Under the pieces are notes generated by a model. It had not been told where the DNA came from and did not search any database. It worked only from the letters and a program-made list of their open reading frames with translations. From Podarcis muralis (taxonomy: Eukaryota), in assembly GCF_964188315.1 (NCBI RefSeq), contig NC_135656.1:107012001-107076000 (forward strand): a stretch of 64,000 nt of DNA, read 5' to 3'. The position numbers and the translations under genes are program-made. Shown here piece by piece: positions 57,399 through 64,000 of the stretch; the first letter of the stretch is position 1; each line of letters begins with the position of its first letter.

Positions 57399-60381
57399 CC
57401 ACTCCTTCTGTGGCCTGCCTGCCAATTGCCTTGAGACAGTATGTAAAAAGTGATTCATAAATTAATAAGGCTACCTATTAACATAACTCCACCTATTAGA
57501 AAGAATTATTCCTTGCCACAGGCGAGCATCTAATTTACATCCAGTCATTCAACCTCATGAATTGGCAATTCTTATCTGCTTGTTTTGTTCTGTTCTTACC
57601 TACTGTTGAGGCAGAGCTGCCGGGTTTATCGCAGGGAGGAGACAGCAGAGGTGGAGCTGGACTGCTGGCTTCTGCTGTTCCTGAAGACAGACAGAACATT
57701 GATTAATTTCAGGAGCATAGCTGGCCTTCGTCCACAGCAACAGCCCTAGCCCCCCTCTGCTTCTGGTCTATCGTATCAAAAACCACAACGTATGCATATT
57801 GTTGTGCAGAATGGGCTGAGGAAATGCTTGGGGGCAGATGTGTGAATGCAGAATGCCTAAGAATGAAATGATCATCATATACAAAACACACCGCAATCCC
57901 TTGGGCATTAACCCAGCCATTGCATTTTGATTATCGAGTTCAAGAACATAGCAGTCTTGTCTTCAAGCACTAGGCTGGCAGCTAAAGACAACCAAGGACC
58001 TTATGAAGGACCGGTTGAAGGAGATGGGTATGTTTATCCTGGAAGAGAGGAGACAGGATATCCATCTTCAAATATCTCAAGGGCTGCCGCGTGGAGGATG
58101 GAGCAAGCTTGTTTTGCTCCCGCTTTCATAGAATAGAATCATAGAGTTGGAAGAGACCACAAGGGCCATCGAGTCCAACCCCCTGCCAAGCAGGAAACGC
58201 CATCAGAGCACTCCTGACATATGGTTGTCAAGCCTCTGCTTAAAGACCTCCAAAGAAGGAGACTCCACCACACTCCTTGGCAGCAAATTCCACTGTCGAA
58301 CAGCTCTTACTGTCAGGAAGTTCTTTCTAATGTTTAGGCGGAATCTTCTTTCTTGTAGTTTGGATCCATTGCTCCGTGTCCGCTTCTCTGGAGCAGCAGA
58401 AAACAACCTTTCTCCCTCCTCTATATGACATCCTTTTATATATTTGAACATGGCTATCATATCACCCCTTAACCTCCTCTTCTCCAGGCTAAACATGCCC
58501 AGCTCCCTTAGCCGTTCCTCATAAGGCATCGTTTCCAGGCCTTTGACCATTTTGGTTGCCCTCCTCTGGACACGTTTTAGAGGGTAGGACCAAAACCAAT
58601 GATTCAAGTTACAAGAAAGGAGATTCTGACTAAACATCCCATAACTAAATAAGGTAAAAAGGACCCCTGGACAGTTAAGTCCATTCAAAGGCAATTATGG
58701 GGTTGTGGCGCTCATCTCGCTTTCAGGCCGAGGGAGCCGGCGTTTCTCCACAGACAGCATTCTGGGTCATGTGGCCAGCAGGACTAAACCGCTTCTGGTG
58801 CAATGAAACACCGTGACGGAAGCCAGAGCGCATGGAAACGCTGTTTACCTTCCTGCTGCAGTGGTACCTATTTATCTACTTGCACTGGCGTGCTTTCGAA
58901 CTGCTAGGTTGGCAGGAGCTGGGACAGAGCAATGGGAGCTAACCCCGTCGTGGGGATTCAAACCGTCAACCTTCTGATCAGCAAGCCCAAGAGGCTCAGT
59001 GGTTTAGACCACAGCACCACCCGCGTCCTTTTATAACTAAATAACTGCATGAGAGGAAGGACATGCGCCGATGCAAGAGGACTTGCTCCCTCTCGCCTCC
59101 TGCAGAGCATGTGCTTCATGCTCTCCCCAAATCTGCTCTGGAGGCTCGGAGGCAACCCCAGAACAGATTTAGGGAGCACACTGTGGGGGTGGGAAGTCTC
59201 ACTGCGCAAGCGGAAGTAGCTCTGCTCTTGCAAGGTTTTATCGCTACTTTGGATATGACTCACTGTCTGTAACGCTGTAGGTATTACGGAGCCATTGTGG
59301 CTGGTAGTCACTGGTGTCTTTTTTAATCCTCCGCGAATTTCTCCAGTGAACCCGTCTAAGCTGGCCGGCTGTCACTACATCTCATGGTAAAAGGTAAAGG
59401 ACCCCTGGATGGTTAAGTCCAGTCAAAGGCGACTATGGGGTTGAGGCGCTCATCTCGCTTTCAGGCCGAGGGAGCCAGCATTTGTCCGTGCCGATAGCTT
59501 TCCAGGTCATGTGGCCAGCATGACTAAACCGCTTTTGGCGCAACAGGGCACCATGATGGAAGCCAGAGCGCACGGAAACGCCGTTTACCTTCCTGCCACC
59601 GTGGTACCTATTTATCTACTCGCACTGGTGTGCTTTTGAACTGCTAGGTTGGCAGCAGCTGGGACGGAGCAACGGGAGCTCACCCCATCGCAGGGATTCA
59701 AACCACCAACCTTCTGATCGGCAAGCCCAAGAGGCTCAGTGGTTTAGACCACAGCGCCACCCGTGTCCCTGTACATCTCATGGTAGCTAACGTGCACCAC
59801 CAGCAACACACTGGCCAAGCAGCAGTGCATTATGGGAGAGGGATGAAAGCCAAGGGGCATACCGACACAAAATCATCCTCTTGGATCTACATACTTATAA
59901 CGACTGCAGCAAAGGAGAGGAGGATATATACACACACACCCTACTTTTCTTCAAAGAGCTCCAGGCAGCACATGGTTGCCACCCCACCTCTCAATTTTAT
60001 CTTCGCAAAAACCTCGTGAGCTTCCTGGGGATTCGAACCCTGCCGTCTCCCATCACAACATGCCTTCCTAACCACTACCCAACAGTGGTTCTCTGGAGTC
60101 CTGCGGCATGTTGTAGACCAAGTTATTCCACTTTTTTCGCAGGCTTTGGTCTGCTTAACTAGATGTACGCTGCAAAAGCAGCAATTATGCCACGGTAAAT
60201 GGATTTAGCCTTCCAAACGCCACAGTAGCTTTGACCTTTCACAGCAACAGTGGGTCATTTTTAATTTACCCTTATGGTGCAAAAGTGCTGGGGTGAGGAG
60301 AGACTTTCTGTTCCTCATCAGGTAATAGCTTTTCCATCTGCCTGGCCCCAACCAGCCCTTCCCAGACTATGACTTTGAGAA

Positions 60382-60424
<43 letters not shown>

Positions 60425-63400
60425 TGGGAAGAGAGGAGTTCAGGGATATTTTTTAAAAACAGTTTTATAAGTTGTGCTTCTTAGTTTCTCAATTTGATCC
60501 TTTAACGTGGTTTTTGTATGTTTTGCGGTATTTTGCTGTTACTTTTATTGATTGTAGATTGGTAATTCTTTATTGTGGGTGAACTGTTTAATTACTATTT
60601 GCTGATGTTTAATTTTACTGTTTTACTGTTAGATTCTGATGGATTGCTGAACGTTGCTTTGTCATTGCGACTTTTATATTGGATCAGATTGCTACTATTA
60701 ATGTTTGATGCTTTATTGTGTTTTCATGTCTTGGAAGCCGCCTGGAGTGGCTTGGGCAACCCAGCCAGTGGGCAGGTTATAAATGAATTATTATTATTAT
60801 TATTAGGCAGTTAGCCACGCTCGCAGAATCACAGAACTGGAGAGTTAGGATTCCTGAACAATGAGACCTGGCAGACCAGGCCGTGCTTTTTTTTCTGGGG
60901 GTACTCAAGGGTAAAGCTAAAGGACCCTTGGGTGGTTAAGTCAAGTCAAAGGCGACTATGGGGTTGTGGCACTCATCTCGTTTTCAGGCCAAGGTCCACA
61001 GACAGCTTTCCAGGTCATGTGGCGAGCAAGACTAAACTGCTTCTGGCACAATGGAACACCTTGACGGAAACCAGAGCGAACGGAAACTCCGTTTACCTTC
61101 CTGCTGCAGCAGTACCTATTTATCTACTTGCACTGGTGTGCTTTCGAACTGCTAGGTTGGCAGGAGCTGGGACAGAGTAACGGGAGCTCACCCCGTCACA
61201 GGGATTTGAAACCCCAATCTTCTGATTGGCAAGTCCAAGAGGCTCAGCAGTTTAGACCACAGCGCCGTACTGGCACTCTTTTTTCCTAGACAAAAAGAAC
61301 TGACTAAAAGTGTGGCATTTACTGCAACGACTTCATGGTGAGAACTGGCACTTTTTTTCCCTACAAGAAAAGCATGGAGACCCGGGTTCAAATCCCCTCT
61401 GCCACGAAGCTCAATGACCTTGACCTTGGACTACTCACAGGCTCTCAGCCTAACCTACCTCGCAGGGTTGTTGTGGGGGATTAAATGAGGACAACCATGT
61501 ACGCTACCTTGGCCTCCTTGGAAGCAAAGGCGGAATCTAAATGCACGAAAATAAAACAAAAGACACTGTCCCCCAGGGATTCCTTTCTTTTTTAAAGGCT
61601 ATTTCGAAAACCTCATTCCACAGGACTCTCCTCAGACACCAAATGCCGCCACTGACCCGTGGGAGACGTCACAGGCATTTCGTCGGGGGCTTCCTCCTTT
61701 ATGTATGGTACGGGGAAGCCGCCCCCCAGGCTGGGGACCTGGGGGGGCAACCGCGTCCTTAGAGCCAACGTCTCCTGGCTGCCCGCTCTAGCCCCCTCCG
61801 CCGCAGCTTCCTCCTCGGTGGAGCACTGAGACATCGAGTCGGCGACAGACGCCCCGCGGCGGCTCAAGGCGGGCAGCACCTCCGGGGGCGGGACATCCGC
61901 CTCGTTGGCCAATAGGTGATCGAGCTGGTCGTAGAAGAGCCAGGCCAAATGTCCTTTCCCCGGGGAGTTGTTGGCCTTGGCTATCCTGTAGTCCCTCTTC
62001 AGAGTCTTGATTTTGGAGCGGCACTCCAGGGCAGAGCGCTTATGGCCTCTCTGTGCCATCTTGCCGGCCACCACTTGGAAAGTCTCGATGTTCCGGTGAC
62101 TCCGCTGCAGCTCCTGCTGGATCTCCCGCTCGCGCCAAATGACCAGCAGGTCTATGATCTCGGGGTAGGTCCACGTGGTGCCGCGATACTGCCTGTAGGG
62201 GGCAATGGCTGGCTCGGGCGTTTCGGCAGCTGGAAAGCCAAGTGGGAGAGAGGTGAAGCCAGGTGGGAGGGAGGTGAAGCCAAGTGGGAGGGAGGTGAAA
62301 AGAGAGAGAAAGGTTAAATCAGACAGAACAGGGTGGGGAGAAAAGAGCTGACAATATTTAATTATCTTTTTTTGCGTGTGTGTCCTGAAGCATCACAATT
62401 ACAAGAATTTTTAAACTCTTGAAACAGAGGGGGGTATCAACAAAAATAAGGACTGCACTAGATCTGACACTAAGAAACGAGAAGGTTTTCAGCATTCCTC
62501 AAGTGGACTCTGCTGTACAGCCAGGCTTGAGGCACACAATGCACAAAATCCCCTGGGATAGCTCAGTCGGGAGAGCATGAGACTGTTAATCTCAGGGTCG
62601 TAGGTTTGAGCCCCACATTGGGCAAGAGATTCATGCATTGCATGGGGTTGGACTAGATGACCCTTGTGGTTCCTTCAAAATCCATAATTCTTTGATTCTT
62701 CTTTGATGCTTTGAATGAGGAGGGTGCATCTTTCTCAGTGCTGAGTGAGCACAACCTGCTCACTCAAACTCTGGGCAGACAGAGGGAGAATAGACTTCCT
62801 TGCAATGAGGTTGAGGGAACGGTAAAAGAGCATTGGGAAATAATTCAAAATGAATTGGGGAAAAAAAGTTTTAAAGTACTTTTAAAAAACAACAACCAGA
62901 GTCCTTTTTGTTGGGGAAAATTCAGACGGAAATTCCCAGGTGTCAAAAAAGTTTAGTAATGTTTGCCACTATTGTGTTTCGTTAACCCAAAAGTGCAAAT
63001 TGAGCAAAGTCCCAACTAAAGAAGAATGACAACTTAAACTGATGGAATATGTGCAGCTTGCAGACCTAACATAAGAGAGCAAGGAGGACATACATTTAAA
63101 GATTGGAAAATGTGTACACTTGAAAACGTTGGCAGCATTAAGATAAATTCAACCGTGTAAACAAGTTTTGGTGGATGTACTAATGGAATACTGAATGGTT
63201 TAGTTAATGTAAAATATGCAGGGATTTATGATATGCAAAATGAACTATGGAAAGAGAAGAAGGGAAGCCACTGACATTTTAAGGTTGCGTAAATTAGTAT
63301 TCTAAATTGTAAAACAGAAAGTTTAATAAAAACTATAAAGGTAAAGGTAAAGGTACCCCTGCCCGTTCGGGCCAGTCTTGCCAGACTCTAGGGTTGTGTG

Positions 63401-63896
63401 CTCATCTCATTCTATAGGCCAGGAGCCAGCGCTGTCCGCAGACACTTCCGGGTCACGTGGCCAGCGTGACAAGCTGCATCTGGCGAGCCAGCGCAGCACA
63501 CGGAACGCCGTTTACCTTCCCGCTGGTAAGCGGTCCCTATTTATCTACTTGCACCCGGGGTGCTTTCGAACTGCTAGGTGGGCAGGCGCTGGGACCGAAT
63601 GACGGGAGCACACCCCGCCGCGGGGATTCGAACTGCCGACCATGCGATCGGCAAGTCCTAGGCACTGAGGTTTTACCCACAGCGCCACCCGCGTCCCTAA
63701 TAATAAAAACTATAGAGAGAGAGAATAGACTTCCTGGTTAGAAGGCACGCGCTAGCCCTTCCAGGTGGAGTTGGCCCCTCACCTAAGTTGCTTCCAGGCA
63801 GGATCCGCCTCCCTCTCGCGACTTGCTCGCTTGGGATCCACTGCTCTTCCTCAGACTCAATCTTGCAGATCAGCTCTGGCTCGTCAGCAGGCAACC
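56242..63896 (-). CDS. KRAB-B-like exon spliced to a Harbinger-type Myb/SANT-like DNA-binding protein (at least 403 aa; 5' end beyond the window)
   Basis: Exons 63896-63783 (114 nt, [22 protein letters not shown]), 62229-61657 ([31 protein letters not shown]), 57680-57600 (81 nt), 56684-56242 ([13 protein letters not shown], coiled coil, TGA). All junctions phase 1, GT-AG and in frame. Confidence 0.85.
58127..58575 (-). mobile_element. CR1 LINE 3' fragment
   Basis: [34 protein letters not shown] and attctatg tail. Confidence 0.92.
58653..59028 (-). mobile_element. Sauria SINE (older subfamily)
   Basis: TSD ataactaaataa. Confidence 0.88.
59390..59770 (-). mobile_element. Sauria SINE
   Basis: TSD tacatctcatggta. 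Confidence 0.9.
60385..60423. repeat. (CAG)13 microsatellite, intronic
   Basis: Direct reading. Confidence 0.95.
60909..61266 (-). mobile_element. Sauria SINE nested in a small DNA-transposon remnant
   Basis: Diagnostic body and head sequence. Confidence 0.8.
62551..62699 (+). mobile_element. tRNA-Lys-head / CR1-tail SINE
   Basis: tagctcagtcgg.agagcatgagact.ttaatctcagggtcgt followed by ggttggactagatgacc..; partial relative at about 49520-49620. Confidence 0.8.
63000..63337 (+). mobile_element. L1 3' fragment
   Basis: [21 protein letters not shown]2 remnant and aataaaa end. Confidence 0.65.
63338..63697 (-). mobile_element. Sauria SINE
   Basis: TSD taataaaaactata. Confidence 0.92.
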
Positions 63897-64000
63897 CTGC
63901 GCAGGAAGGAGCAGAAGAGCAGCAAGGCCCAGGTCAGTTGGCCATTCCACCCATCATTGGCTAGGGAGATGTTCTCCATTGCTTCACCCCAGTCCACAAC

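Noticed and set aside
60385-60423. Polyglutamine coding tract
   Set aside because: Intronic and antisense to the KRAB-SANT gene, with no flanking splice context
62551-62623. Functional tRNA-Lys gene
   Set aside because: Anticodon-loop, T-arm and acceptor-stem mismatches, and it runs directly into a CR1-like tail, so it is a SINE head

Overview
Vertebrate genomic DNA from a squamate, probably a lacertid lizard (Sauria SINEs, Bov-B, CR1, L2 and L1 fragments, many MITEs). All exon structures and alignments were worked out by hand from the sequence. There are three gene blocks. (1) 2.4-26.7 kb: two intact 7-exon RING/B-box/coiled-coil/PRY-SPRY TRIM genes. Each has an IRF-element promoter; their 5' halves show no visible nucleotide similarity, but they share a duplicated 3' block containing PRY-SPRY. 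(2) 30.5-37.7 kb: three copies (+,-,+) of an intronless 158-aa histone H2A variant. It has an H2A.X/H2AC21-like core, a 38-aa Ala/Lys/Pro-rich tail without an SQ motif, a histone stem-loop and a downstream poly(A) hexamer. No other core histone gene is present. (3) 45.6-63.9 kb, minus strand: the best candidate for a new system. Both proteins of a PIF/Harbinger transposon, the Myb/SANT DNA-binding protein and the DDE transposase, sit in tandem as spliced, uninterrupted genes. Each is joined in frame behind its own 114-nt KRAB-B-like exon, and a decayed zinc-finger exon lies between the second KRAB exon and the transposase exon. No transposon ends are visible. This looks like double KRAB capture of a two-component transposon, but expression, copy number and novelty need database and RNA checks.
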